A stretch of DNA of 57,777 nucleotides from a virus (IMGVR_UViG_3300032320_001837:1-57777), one strand, 5' to 3'; positions 20,045 through 28,766 are shown, counted from the first letter of the stretch. Notes: generated from the sequence alone by a model not told the origin. Program-made: numbers and translations.

Positions 20045-21702
20045 ATATTCATTGCCCTTATTCTTTTTTGCTCCCAGTGATTTCTTCTTTCGCATAAAGA
20101 AACAAAGTGCTTATAAGCATCTTCAAACGAAAATGGACTTAAACGCTTACCGTCAAATGCAGCTGAACTTTCATTATAATACATTCCACCAGTATTAGAA
20201 GTAGACGTTTTATATGTTAAGTCTCTTGTTAACCTAGCCTCCATAAACGTATTCAACTTTTCTGGCTCTCTTAAAACTTCAGCTATTAACCACTGAGCTA
20301 ATTGTTGGTAATTAGATACGCTCTTTAATTGATCTTCTGTTAGTGGTGGAGCAGATTGAGCAATTCTAGGTGGAGACTTCCAAGATTTTTCATCTGGAAT
20401 AATATCTATACTATCGAAATACTTCTCCCACTGCCCGCCGCTTATATGCCACTGGAAATTCTTTTCAAATAATTCCCTTGTTCTCTTACCAAGCTCTTCT
20501 CGTTCTTCCTTGGTTTTATTGAAGAATTCTAGAAATTTTTGGGCTGCAAAATCATTGTCTGGAACTGCTCTCATGCACCCAGTTTCTAATTCTTTATACA
20601 AAGCCTTTGGTGTTAGTGGAGTTCCACCAAGTTGTCTTATTACGCTTTCCATAGCTGAGTAATCTGTAGACATAACTGGTATACCACAAGCCGCTGCCTC
20701 TACTTGTGGTAGTCCAAAACCTTCACAGTTAGCATATTGAACATATAGATCAAAAAGATTCATTATCATAGATAGATGTTCATAGCTTGCACCATTTTTG
20801 ACGCTAGAAATAGTTGCTCCGTACTTTTGAGTAAATGGAGAAACTGTTACAGCACCCCTAAATAAGCTAGGAAATGGCTGTTTAGTTTCTGGGCATATGT
20901 ATGTAAAATATACCTTACTAGCTAATTCGTTTGCTTGAATTAATTCTGGTAAATCCCATCCTAGATCTGGATAACTTGTGTGACAGTATAGAAAATAATT
21001 TTCTGGATCTGGCACTAATGACAAGAACTTCTTAAAAGCTACAAATAGATCTGGATAAAGTTTTCTACGCTGATTTCTCATTACAGTGCCGATAATCTTA
21101 GCATTAGGACTTAATCCCAAGCTTTGCCTTAATGCTTCCTTATTTTCGATAGGCTTATATGCAGGATCAGCAGAGGGCGGAGAACTTCCTAAGTAATTAA
21201 TTCTACCACCAGATTGTTCAGTTAATACCTTACCAGCCCAATCTGAATAAGTAAAGCAAGCGTCAGCATTTGCGTAAGTTGCAATCCATTGACGCGCCTG
21301 TGGAGCGGCATCCACTGTAGGCATGATTGCCCACTTAAAGAAATTTCTAAATGGAGATCTTTCAACAAAGTCTAACATCCAAAAGTCTCGTATGTCGCAT
21401 ACAACGTCTGGTTTAAAATCTAGACAAACATCGTTGAATATAAATTCACCAAACTGATTTGTTGGAAGTGAATTGTATGCATCATGCTCTTCTTTTGAAC
21501 ACTTATCATCTGGAGCTACGCCATAGTATTTCCAAGGTAAATTTAAACCCCTTGGGTCATGCCTATGTCCATACGAAGCCATTTCTGCAATTTCATACTT
21601 ATTTGTACTATGTAGATACTTCAGTATTTCTCTAGTATAAGTGGCATACCCGGTATTTAAAAATGTAGCTTCACTACAAAATAATATTCTTTTTTTTCTC
21701 AT
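20041..21702 (-). CDS. Glycosyltransferase family 4 (GT-B) with C-terminal extension
   Basis: TGYA, RNQRRK, EGFGLPQVEAAACGIPV (E-x7-E). Confidence 0.9.
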   Translation of the reverse strand: MRKKRILFCSEATFLNTGYATYTREILKYLHSTNKYEIAEMASYGHRHDPRGLNLPWKYYGVAPDDKCSKEEHDAYNSLPTNQFGEFIFNDVCLDFKPDVVCDIRDFWMLDFVERSPFRNFFKWAIMPTVDAAPQARQWIATYANADACFTYSDWAGKVLTEQSGGRINYLGSSPPSADPAYKPIENKEALRQSLGLSPNAKIIGTVMRNQRRKLYPDLFVAFKKFLSLVPDPENYFLYCHTSYPDLGWDLPELIQANELASKVYFTYICPETKQPFPSLFRGAVTVSPFTQKYGATISSVKNGASYEHLSMIMNLFDLYVQYANCEGFGLPQVEAAACGIPVMSTDYSAMESVIRQLGGTPLTPKALYKELETGCMRAVPDNDFAAQKFLEFFNKTKEEREELGKRTRELFEKNFQWHISGGQWEKYFDSIDIIPDEKSWKSPPRIAQSAPPLTEDQLKSVSNYQQLAQWLIAEVLREPEKLNTFMEARLTRDLTYKTSTSNTGGMYYNESSAAFDGKRLSPFSFEDAYKHFVSLCERRNHWEQKRIRAMNI

Positions 21703-21706
21703 AGTA

Positions 21707-22021
21707 TTATTCTCTATTTTCTATATTACAAATGTCAAATTCATTGATTCTAAATACTATTCTATCATCGTTTTTTTCTACTTGTCTTGCGCTAGCATTG
21801 ATAGTTATTTTAGTTCCTTTATTAGCAAACTTTGCAATAGTCTCAGCACCGGTATGCCAAGCCTCACAGTAAATATGTGTAGCCAACTTTGTTTTTTCCC
21901 CAGTACTTTTAGCTTTTCTATAAGAATATACCACTAATATAAATTCTGCTAAAGTTACTCCATCCATTTTACTTATGATTGGATCTTCTGTTAAGTATCC
22001 AGTAAATAAACAAGAATTCAT
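21707..22021 (-). CDS. ssb: Single-stranded DNA-binding protein (short OB fold)
   Basis: MNSCLFTGYLTEDP...CEAW...AETIAKFANKGTKI SSB pattern. Confidence 0.8.
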   Translation of the reverse strand: MNSCLFTGYLTEDPIISKMDGVTLAEFILVVYSYRKAKSTGEKTKLATHIYCEAWHTGAETIAKFANKGTKITINASARQVEKNDDRIVFRINEFDICNIENRE

Positions 22022-22022
22022 T

Positions 22023-23582
22023 CTATGTCTCCATTATTTTTTCAATTATTAACGAATCGTTTTTACCCTTGGTATTACAACACAAGACTAAATTATTACC
22101 TTCATAAAGAACGTACTTATACTTTTCTTTGATTGACGGAAAAGCTACAACATTATCTAGTATGCAAGTATCATCTTCAATAGTCAAAAATGCCATTTTT
22201 TGTCCTTTAGATTCTCCATTTTTTATAGTGTATTCTGATATGAGTTTTATATTGGCTACTATGCAAATATTACCACCCTTTTTGCCATTTACAATTTCTT
22301 TACACGTTGTATTAGCTAAAGAAGTGTCGGCTGTTTCTACTTTTGTTAAAGTAATAGGGCAACCTAGAAATTTGATTTCTTGATCAATAATCCACTTAAT
22401 ACTATCTTCTAGAATGTATGGTGGATTAAGCAGTAGTTGAATTTCATTTTCTACAACTTGCTGCCTTTCTTTTTTACTAGTTCCCCCACCAAGCTTTTTC
22501 ATTGGTGCTAATGATTTAAGGGCTTCTAGTAAATTAGGCCATAGTATTGTATTATACTCCTGTGATAACCATTTTTGCTCTGCCGAAGTCAAAGTTCTAA
22601 AAATTTCATATTCATATAATGCCCTTGTTCTACTAATAGACCCATTAAAGTCTCTAAAAAATCCTACAGAAGCTAAAGACTTAAATGCTGTAGAGCTTAT
22701 CTTTTCCCCCAGATATAGCAATATTTCCAGCCATGTAAACTTTGTTATCTTCTTACCCTTTTCTAATTCCGCCGAATTTATTGCCGCTATTACAGCATCC
22801 CCAGTTTTACCAGAAAGAGATTTAATATCTTTGATGCCAAAGAAAACTTTTCCGTCTTTTATGTTAAACTTTTCTTCGAAATTGTTTAGACTAGGAGTTG
22901 CTGCTTGAATATCAAATAGTTTTGCTTCTGAGACTAATTCATATATTTCTTGATGTGGATCTTGTTTTTCTATAGCGTGATACAAATATGATAAGAAAAA
23001 TTCTTTTGTATTATGAGCTTTATAGTAGGCACTCCAATATGAACAAACTGCGTATGAAACGCTGTGAGATTTATTAAAGGCATATCTTGATGACTTTTCG
23101 ATCCATCCGAATATCTGCTCTGCCTCTTCCTTAGAAACGATCCCAACGCGCTCTGCGCCCGCTATAAATGATTTTTTTACTTCATTCATGAGATCGGCTT
23201 TCTTTTTTCCAATGGCCTTACGAAGAACGTCAGCTTCTTGTAGGTTAAATCCCGCTATTTTCTCTGCAATACGCATGGACTGTTCTTGATAAACTAAAAC
23301 TCCATATGTTGGCTTTAGTATATCTTCTAATGATGAATGTAGGTATGTAACTTCTTCTCTACCATGTTTTCTATCTACGTAGTGTTGAGTCATAGACTTT
23401 CCATCTAACATAGACTTAAGAGTTCCGGGTCTGATGATGGCTATAAGTGCTGATAACTCTTCTATATTATTTGGTGCTAATTTTTTTGACCAAGATTTAC
23501 CTAGATTGCTTTCAAGCTGAAAGACGCCTTTGGTTCTTCCTTCAGCAAAAAGCTTCCAAGTTTTTTCATCATTATATTCCAT
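22023..23582 (-). CDS. dnaE: DNA polymerase III alpha, C-terminal fragment (fingers, HhH, OB)
   Basis: GVFQLES, IRPG, TYGVLVYQEQ, ADVLRKAIGKKK, YAFNKSHSVSY, MAFLTIED motifs; no intein motif at the N-terminus. Confidence 0.95.
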   Translation of the reverse strand: MEYNDEKTWKLFAEGRTKGVFQLESNLGKSWSKKLAPNNIEELSALIAIIRPGTLKSMLDGKSMTQHYVDRKHGREEVTYLHSSLEDILKPTYGVLVYQEQSMRIAEKIAGFNLQEADVLRKAIGKKKADLMNEVKKSFIAGAERVGIVSKEEAEQIFGWIEKSSRYAFNKSHSVSYAVCSYWSAYYKAHNTKEFFLSYLYHAIEKQDPHQEIYELVSEAKLFDIQAATPSLNNFEEKFNIKDGKVFFGIKDIKSLSGKTGDAVIAAINSAELEKGKKITKFTWLEILLYLGEKISSTAFKSLASVGFFRDFNGSISRTRALYEYEIFRTLTSAEQKWLSQEYNTILWPNLLEALKSLAPMKKLGGGTSKKERQQVVENEIQLLLNPPYILEDSIKWIIDQEIKFLGCPITLTKVETADTSLANTTCKEIVNGKKGGNICIVANIKLISEYTIKNGESKGQKMAFLTIEDDTCILDNVVAFPSIKEKYKYVLYEGNNLVLCCNTKGKNDSLIIEKIMET

Positions 23583-23917
23583 TATTTTTTTCCTAGTAAA
23601 TAATTCAAAGCGTTTACCACACCCTCTATATTATCTCCAAGCTTACCAAGTCCAGTATTACAACGCTCACATATCCACCCTCTGAACCTATCGGTTTCGT
23701 GATCATGATCTAAACACCATTTAAGTGGAACCTTTTTACAACACTCACACAATTCTGGCTTATCTGGCGCATTTTTATGCAAATCTCTCCTAATAGAAGA
23801 ATGTTTCTTTATGCAACTCCTACATCGCATATCCAACTTATCTTTGTACATGCTATGTTTAGGAAATTGATCTAAAGACTTTTTTAATTTACAGTAAATG
23901 CATACTTTATTTGACAT
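23582..23917 (-). CDS. Endonuclease VII-like His-Me nuclease with N-terminal zinc finger
   Basis: CIYC...CRSC then CECC...LDHDHETDRFRGWICERCNTGLG. Confidence 0.85.
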   Translation of the reverse strand: MSNKVCIYCKLKKSLDQFPKHSMYKDKLDMRCRSCIKKHSSIRRDLHKNAPDKPELCECCKKVPLKWCLDHDHETDRFRGWICERCNTGLGKLGDNIEGVVNALNYLLGKK

Positions 23918-24587
23918 AAAGATTACCATTAGCAAAAGCTTTGTCAAATTCTATATTTTGATAAACGGCTCTATGAGTTTTTAGCAACTTAATGAATATA
24001 TTTGCAGTGTCTTTTACGTCTTGTAGTGCATCGTGAGCATTTTCTGAACTCAATCCCATCTTTTCTCTTAGTGAATCCATGCTAATAGATTTAATACTAG
24101 GGTCTGCTTCCGTCCACATAAAAACATTATCCATTAAATCTACTTTGTAAACTTTACTAAATAACTTTTGTTGATCTTTGGTCTTATCCCAAGGCCCAAA
24201 TTCTTGACATAGCCTATTAACAATAATCAAGTCGAAGCCTATGATATTATAGCCAACTGGTATAGGATTAAAAAATGGCTCACCTTTCCAATTGTATTGA
24301 TCTACAAACTTTGTGAATTTTGTCCACACAGATTTTAAAGCTGGTGCTTCTGCTAGCTTTTCTCTATTTTTACCAGTTATCTTTAACGCCCCATCTTCAA
24401 TTGGGTCTACGCCAGCCGCCACTGCTTCCTCATCATCAAGTATTGGTTTTATCTCACTATTAAATGTACCCTTTACGGATAAATTTCTACCGTCTAGTGC
24501 AATAGCAGCAATTTGTGTAGGTTGAGTTTTATGAGGATTTCTACTACCCGTTTCAAAATCAAAAATGATATAGTCCCTGTTAGCCAT
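23907..24587 (-). CDS. DEDDh 3'-5' exonuclease, DnaQ/epsilon-like
   Basis: ExoI FDFETG, ExoII GYNIIGFD, ExoIII AHDALQD. Confidence 0.9.
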   Translation of the reverse strand: MANRDYIIFDFETGSRNPHKTQPTQIAAIALDGRNLSVKGTFNSEIKPILDDEEAVAAGVDPIEDGALKITGKNREKLAEAPALKSVWTKFTKFVDQYNWKGEPFFNPIPVGYNIIGFDLIIVNRLCQEFGPWDKTKDQQKLFSKVYKVDLMDNVFMWTEADPSIKSISMDSLREKMGLSSENAHDALQDVKDTANIFIKLLKTHRAVYQNIEFDKAFANGNLYVK

Positions 24588-24596
24588 ATTTATCTC

Positions 24597-25250
24597 CTAT
24601 TGTAAATTTTGTGAATCTTCTATTATTTTCTTACAGTCCTTATAGGAGCATTCTATCTTTTCAATCCTATTGTCAAGCATATTTTTGTGAATATACCAAT
24701 CTTCAATAGAATTATGCCCATTCAATAAAACGTCTGCACATAATAATTTATATCCATTAGAAACAAATTTTTCTCTTGAAATTTCACGCAGTAGTTTAGA
24801 TTCTTTTTGACTCTTTTCATTAGACCAAGCTGGTTTCGATTCGTAATGAAAGTAATTATGTTCAAATGTTATGACATTAAATTGACATAATGACAAATCC
24901 ATATCATGAAGCACCTTCATTGTTGCATCGTCTACATCAAATGATAAGTAATCTATAACTTGTGGAGCCTTACATTCTCTTAGTATATCATTGATATTTT
25001 TATTAAATAAGTCGGCATGAATTAACTTACATTTTCTGTATATTGAAGCTTCATTTATGTAATCAATATCACAGTCTATTGCAATACCATTCCAACCAAG
25101 ATGTTCAAAATAATATGTATTACTATAAAAGCCATTATATTGACCTCTTAAGCCACCTGTTCCAGCACCTATGTCTAGAAAATATCCATTCTTTTTATTT
25201 TTAGTAATGATATCTACAAAATTATCCTGACACACTTGAGCGTTATACAT
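24597..25250 (-). CDS. FkbM-like SAM methyltransferase
   Basis: QDNFV...GYFLDIGA...SNTYYFE..GWNGIAID...IDYLSFDVD...ITFEH. Confidence 0.8.
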   Translation of the reverse strand: MYNAQVCQDNFVDIITKNKKNGYFLDIGAGTGGLRGQYNGFYSNTYYFEHLGWNGIAIDCDIDYINEASIYRKCKLIHADLFNKNINDILRECKAPQVIDYLSFDVDDATMKVLHDMDLSLCQFNVITFEHNYFHYESKPAWSNEKSQKESKLLREISREKFVSNGYKLLCADVLLNGHNSIEDWYIHKNMLDNRIEKIECSYKDCKKIIEDSQNLQ

Positions 25251-26061
25251 GTTGTACCTTTTTTATATACATGATTTTATCTAGCAAAGTCAAACCTAAT
25301 ACATCAAACTTTACATGACCTAGAGCTTCTAGGTCTACCATTTCTAATCCTGCAATTTTTTCTGATGAACCCTTTTGTTTGACCATAGGACATACTTTGT
25401 ATAGTGGCTCTTTAGATATGACAACACCAGCAGCGTGTTTACCTTGAGTTTTAAACGTGCCTTCTAACTTAATTGCCTGTTCGAAGTATTCAGCATAGTC
25501 TCCATCTAATGATCCATCATCATTTATTCTACAAAAATCTTGAAGCTCATCTGCGTTATTTATCAACGCCCACCTAATAATAGACCTATCATCGTCATCC
25601 ATTTCTGCCAACTGATCTGATATTTCTGCTTCATTTGGTATAATTTTTGTTATTGCATTCATTTCCGCAAAAGAACAAGCTTCATTTACTCTCAATACTT
25701 CTTTTATGGCACTTCTGCCCTGTAGTCTCCCAAACGTAATCATCTGACTAACCTTATCGTGACCATACTTATCTTTAAGATATTTGATGACATCATCTCT
25801 ATGATTAGCGGGAACATCCATGTCTATATCTGGCAAAGAAATATGATCTTCTGTGTTTCTACCAGCATTATAGAATCTAGCAAACAAGAGATCAAATTCT
25901 ATGGGGTCTATTTGAGTAATACCAATTAAATATGATATTAAACAACCAGCCGCTGAATTATGCACACCAAGACCTTCTACATTATATGTGTGGCTATTTT
26001 CAACAGATAAGTCGTGAACTTTTCCTTTGTATTTAATTATTTGTTTTTTTGTAAGTTTCAT
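25243..26061 (-). CDS. dnaE: Split-intein C half fused to the DnaE palm/thumb fragment
   Basis: 35 aa IntC ending VHN, then SAAGCLISYLIGIT...LLFARF...PDIDMD...HAAGVVI...KFDVLGL. Confidence 0.95.
   Translation of the reverse strand: MKLTKKQIIKYKGKVHDLSVENSHTYNVEGLGVHNSAAGCLISYLIGITQIDPIEFDLLFARFYNAGRNTEDHISLPDIDMDVPANHRDDVIKYLKDKYGHDKVSQMITFGRLQGRSAIKEVLRVNEACSFAEMNAITKIIPNEAEISDQLAEMDDDDRSIIRWALINNADELQDFCRINDDGSLDGDYAEYFEQAIKLEGTFKTQGKHAAGVVISKEPLYKVCPMVKQKGSSEKIAGLEMVDLEALGHVKFDVLGLTLLDKIMYIKKVQHV
25957..26061 (-). mobile_element. Split intein, C-terminal half (35 aa)
   Basis: Block F VHDLSVENSHTYNVEG and block G VHN followed by Ser+1; Lys-rich. Confidence 0.9.
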
Positions 26062-26833
26062 TGTGAATATTCCTAGCTGTTTTGTAAAAAATTTTTACAG
26101 CATCATCATTATCAAAAATAACTATGTAACTATCAAATTGTTGTCGTGCGGCTTCAATCTTTAAGATATTTCTTGCATAGTTTTTTCTATACCAAAGTCC
26201 ACTCCCTTTAATTTCAACAATATCATTTTGATTAATAATAAAATCTGGATAATATTTTCTATCAACCCCACTCTCATCTACATATTTTACTGGATCAAGA
26301 TCATATCTTTTTACCAATATGTTTTCATGCTCACACCATAATACGAACGACAATTCTAATGCGCTATCATAATATATATTATTATAAACACCCTTTAAGC
26401 CTCCACGCCCAAATCCAATCTTAACATTGTTGATATTATTTAAATTATTTTGAGCTTTTTTGGCAAAAGCTTCATCATTTTTCCATTTTTCTTTTAAAAG
26501 CGACGATGCTAAATTGCGCCTTTCATGATTCCAGCTTCTTCTTACCCCATTTCTGTTTTTTTGTAGTTGCTCTGGTCTATTTTGTGCAATTTTTTGTGAT
26601 TGTGAATTTTTTATTATCCATTTGTCATCTTCTTTGGTGTTAATAATTAACCAGCATTTACCACAAGTTTGCCATAGGTGCTTTTTATCTAATTTATTTT
26701 TCCTATTTCTCATAAATTTTTTAACAGATGAATACTCAAAGTTAGTGCCACACTTTGTGCAATAGCCACTAATGGGTACATTGCTAATAGATTTAGTATT
26801 AAACTGTATTTTTTCTAGCTCTGTATAATTCAT
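26033..26833 (-). CDS. Free-standing PD-(D/E)xK (TnsA-like) homing endonuclease between the split intein halves
   Basis: CTKC...CGKC zinc motifs, basic linker, YDSALE...YYPDFII...VEIKG; AGGAGG RBS before ATG 26833. Confidence 0.8.
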   Translation of the reverse strand: MNYTELEKIQFNTKSISNVPISGYCTKCGTNFEYSSVKKFMRNRKNKLDKKHLWQTCGKCWLIINTKEDDKWIIKNSQSQKIAQNRPEQLQKNRNGVRRSWNHERRNLASSLLKEKWKNDEAFAKKAQNNLNNINNVKIGFGRGGLKGVYNNIYYDSALELSFVLWCEHENILVKRYDLDPVKYVDESGVDRKYYPDFIINQNDIVEIKGSGLWYRKNYARNILKIEAARQQFDSYIVIFDNDDAVKIFYKTARNIHNETYKKTNN

Positions 26834-26835
26834 AT

Positions 26836-26878
26836 AGCCCTCCTGTGTCTTTATACATATAAAGTCCTTGGCGGGGCT
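26836..26878 (-). promoter_or_regulatory. Putative RBS-sequestering hairpin of the endonuclease gene
   Basis: mRNA AGCCC-CG-CC...CUUUAU-AUGU-AUAAAG...GG-A-GGGCU pairs over AGGAGG. Confidence 0.5.
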
Positions 26879-26885
26879 TCTTTTA

Positions 26886-28007
26886 TTATATCTCACACAC
26901 ATTGTCACTTTCTGTAAGATATTGAGCTTCCACCCAACCCCTGTTGGTGGTTAGAAATTTATGATCTTTAGTGCATCTTATTACAACATCACCAAACCAT
27001 AGCTCCAAAATATCTTCATCAATATCATAGACAAGAGTATCGTACACAGTTTCAGCATTTCCATTACAATCAATAATCTTGTCATTGATTTGAATGTCAC
27101 ATATGTTTTTCATTAAACCATTTGACATCTTTACTCTTGTATCTGGTAAAAAACAGCCTCTTCCCGGCCCAGACAACCAACCATTGTCATGAACGTGTTT
27201 TATTATGTCTTGCACGATTAAGAAATATCCGAAGAGATTTGCGTTTTTGATTACGTCAAACTCTTCTTTGAATCTATCTAGATACTTCTGTTTGTTTACT
27301 TCGTCAGACACTTTCCCCTTATCAATTAGTAATGATTTCCAGCCTTTTCTACATAGCTCTTTTAAATACTCTTCTTCTGACAAATTATTTGGGCATTTGA
27401 ATTTTGGCAGAACTGGCTTATTTAGGATATCATAATCTTCGCACTGATCGTAAACATCTTCAAGGACGCGAGACATTTTACCAGCTACTACGTATTTATT
27501 CTCATCTGTAAAAAACTGAGACACGTTAGGATCAAGCTCATTCTTGCGTATTTGCTTTGCAATACTTGGCAGTGTACTCTTTAGTTCTGAGCATATTAAT
27601 ATTCTATGCAAATTGGCTTGATCTTTGTAGCAATAGAAACTTGTAGGTATGCCAATATCATGCTCAAGATATATAAGATTATTCTGTTTTAATAACCCCT
27701 TAATGTGTTTAATATCTATGTTATTGTCATCATCTATTAATGACATAATTTCAATGAGATTATTCCAGCCGTTCTTATTTTTGGCGTATAAGTTATAGCC
27801 GTCGAATGAACAACCCAAAATAGGTTTAATCCCAACTTCTTTGCAAGCTTTATAAAAAGCTACACATCCAGATATGGTTTTATAGTCAGTAATACCACAA
27901 GCTGGATAACCATTCTCTTTACAAAGCTTGGCTAGTTCTTTGGGCTTAGAAAAGCCTTTCAGCAAACTGTAATGCGTATAATTATTTAATGGAAACCAAT
28001 TCAACAT
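26886..28007 (-). CDS. dnaE: DnaE N-terminal fragment (degenerate PHP domain to GPGRG) fused to split-intein N half
   Basis: THYSLLKG, GITD, GIKPILG, YLDRFKEEFDVI...FGYFLIVQDII...GPGRG then CFLPDT intein start. Confidence 0.95.
   Translation of the reverse strand: MLNWFPLNNYTHYSLLKGFSKPKELAKLCKENGYPACGITDYKTISGCVAFYKACKEVGIKPILGCSFDGYNLYAKNKNGWNNLIEIMSLIDDDNNIDIKHIKGLLKQNNLIYLEHDIGIPTSFYCYKDQANLHRILICSELKSTLPSIAKQIRKNELDPNVSQFFTDENKYVVAGKMSRVLEDVYDQCEDYDILNKPVLPKFKCPNNLSEEEYLKELCRKGWKSLLIDKGKVSDEVNKQKYLDRFKEEFDVIKNANLFGYFLIVQDIIKHVHDNGWLSGPGRGCFLPDTRVKMSNGLMKNICDIQINDKIIDCNGNAETVYDTLVYDIDEDILELWFGDVVIRCTKDHKFLTTNRGWVEAQYLTESDNVCEI
26889..27155 (-). mobile_element. Split intein, N-terminal half (89 aa)
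   Basis: Block A CFLPDTRVKM, block B IRCTKDHKFLT..GWVEA, then a stop codon with no blocks F/G. Confidence 0.9.
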
Positions 28008-28020
28008 ATAACCTCAATAT

Positions 28021-28046
28021 AAAAACGGGGGGATATTTCACCCCCC
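28021..28046 (-). terminator. Probable intrinsic terminator
   Basis: On the - strand GGGGGG-TGAAATAT-CCCCCC followed by GTTTTT, just after the stop at 28059. Confidence 0.7.
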
Positions 28047-28058
28047 TTACGAATCAAT

Positions 28059-28349
28059 TTATTCTTCACGCACCAACTTAACATCTAGACCGGGAACTGA
28101 TGGAGCGATTGTATCATTCGCAACGAATTCTACAACTGCTGGATCGCTCACGTTACCAACATCATCTACGTCTACAAAAGAGAGTGAAACAATATCACCT
28201 TGAACGAATGTTCTCTCTCCTAAGTTAGTAACGTCACCGGCATAAACGTCTGTAGCAACTGAAACGCCGTTTACTGTGACTGTTAATCTACGCTCAACGA
28301 CATCAGTATCAACTGGTGACGCACACGTTACTTCATATACTAAACCCAT
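28059..28349 (-). CDS. Small acidic Val-rich protein, possible Ig-like fold
   Basis: AGGAG RBS before MGLVYEV at 28349; alternating beta-strand pattern, DDVGNVS motif. Confidence 0.6.
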   Translation of the reverse strand: MGLVYEVTCASPVDTDVVERRLTVTVNGVSVATDVYAGDVTNLGERTFVQGDIVSLSFVDVDDVGNVSDPAVVEFVANDTIAPSVPGLDVKLVREE

Positions 28350-28523
28350 ATCTATCTCCTTTTTAAGAAATTTATACTTTATGAATAGTGGGCGTAATTC
28401 TAATTTACGCTTCCATTTCATAGAGTAATACGATAAAACAACAAAACTACATTCTAGTAGAATAAATAATACGACACAAAATAGCAAATAATTTTCCATT
28501 AACAATCCTTTTGGTGCAAACTA

Positions 28524-28766
28524 TTATAGCTCTGTTCGCCCATTATTGCAGTTTCTAGATTTTCTGTACTGATCAAAAGATTCATTAAGTTTTCTAATCA
28601 ATAATGTTCCAGCCTCTTCAAAAAAGCAAGGGAAAAATCCGTGAATAATTAGTAACAATCCAGCTTCTAAACATACCAGACCATGACCTACCGCAAACTT
28701 TAAATGTTCACAATAAGTCATATTATTATCTTTTAGGTGCTTAGTCCAGTCTTTGTAAAGCTTCAT
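28524..28766 (-). CDS. Small membrane protein, DUF6356-like
   Basis: HLKDNNMTYCEHL...LIIHGFFPCFF pattern; ATGA overlap with the upstream gene. Confidence 0.6.
   Translation of the reverse strand: MKLYKDWTKHLKDNNMTYCEHLKFAVGHGLVCLEAGLLLIIHGFFPCFFEEAGTLLIRKLNESFDQYRKSRNCNNGRTEL

Noticed and set aside
23582-25243. Group I intron or ribosomal bypass joining dnaE pieces 2 and 3
   Set aside because: The interval is filled by three intact genes with almost no non-coding sequence for a ribozyme core; RT-PCR would be the final test
28347-28363. 17 nt AAAAGGAGATAGATATG shared with 55219-55235
   Set aside because: It is just RBS, spacer and ATG, and similar strings precede other genes; weak evidence of a dedicated element
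28350-28505. Hydrophobic N-terminal extension of the 148 aa ORF
   Set aside because: A strong AGGAG precedes the internal ATG at 28349; the extension looks like AT-rich leader sequence, though a longer isoform is not excluded
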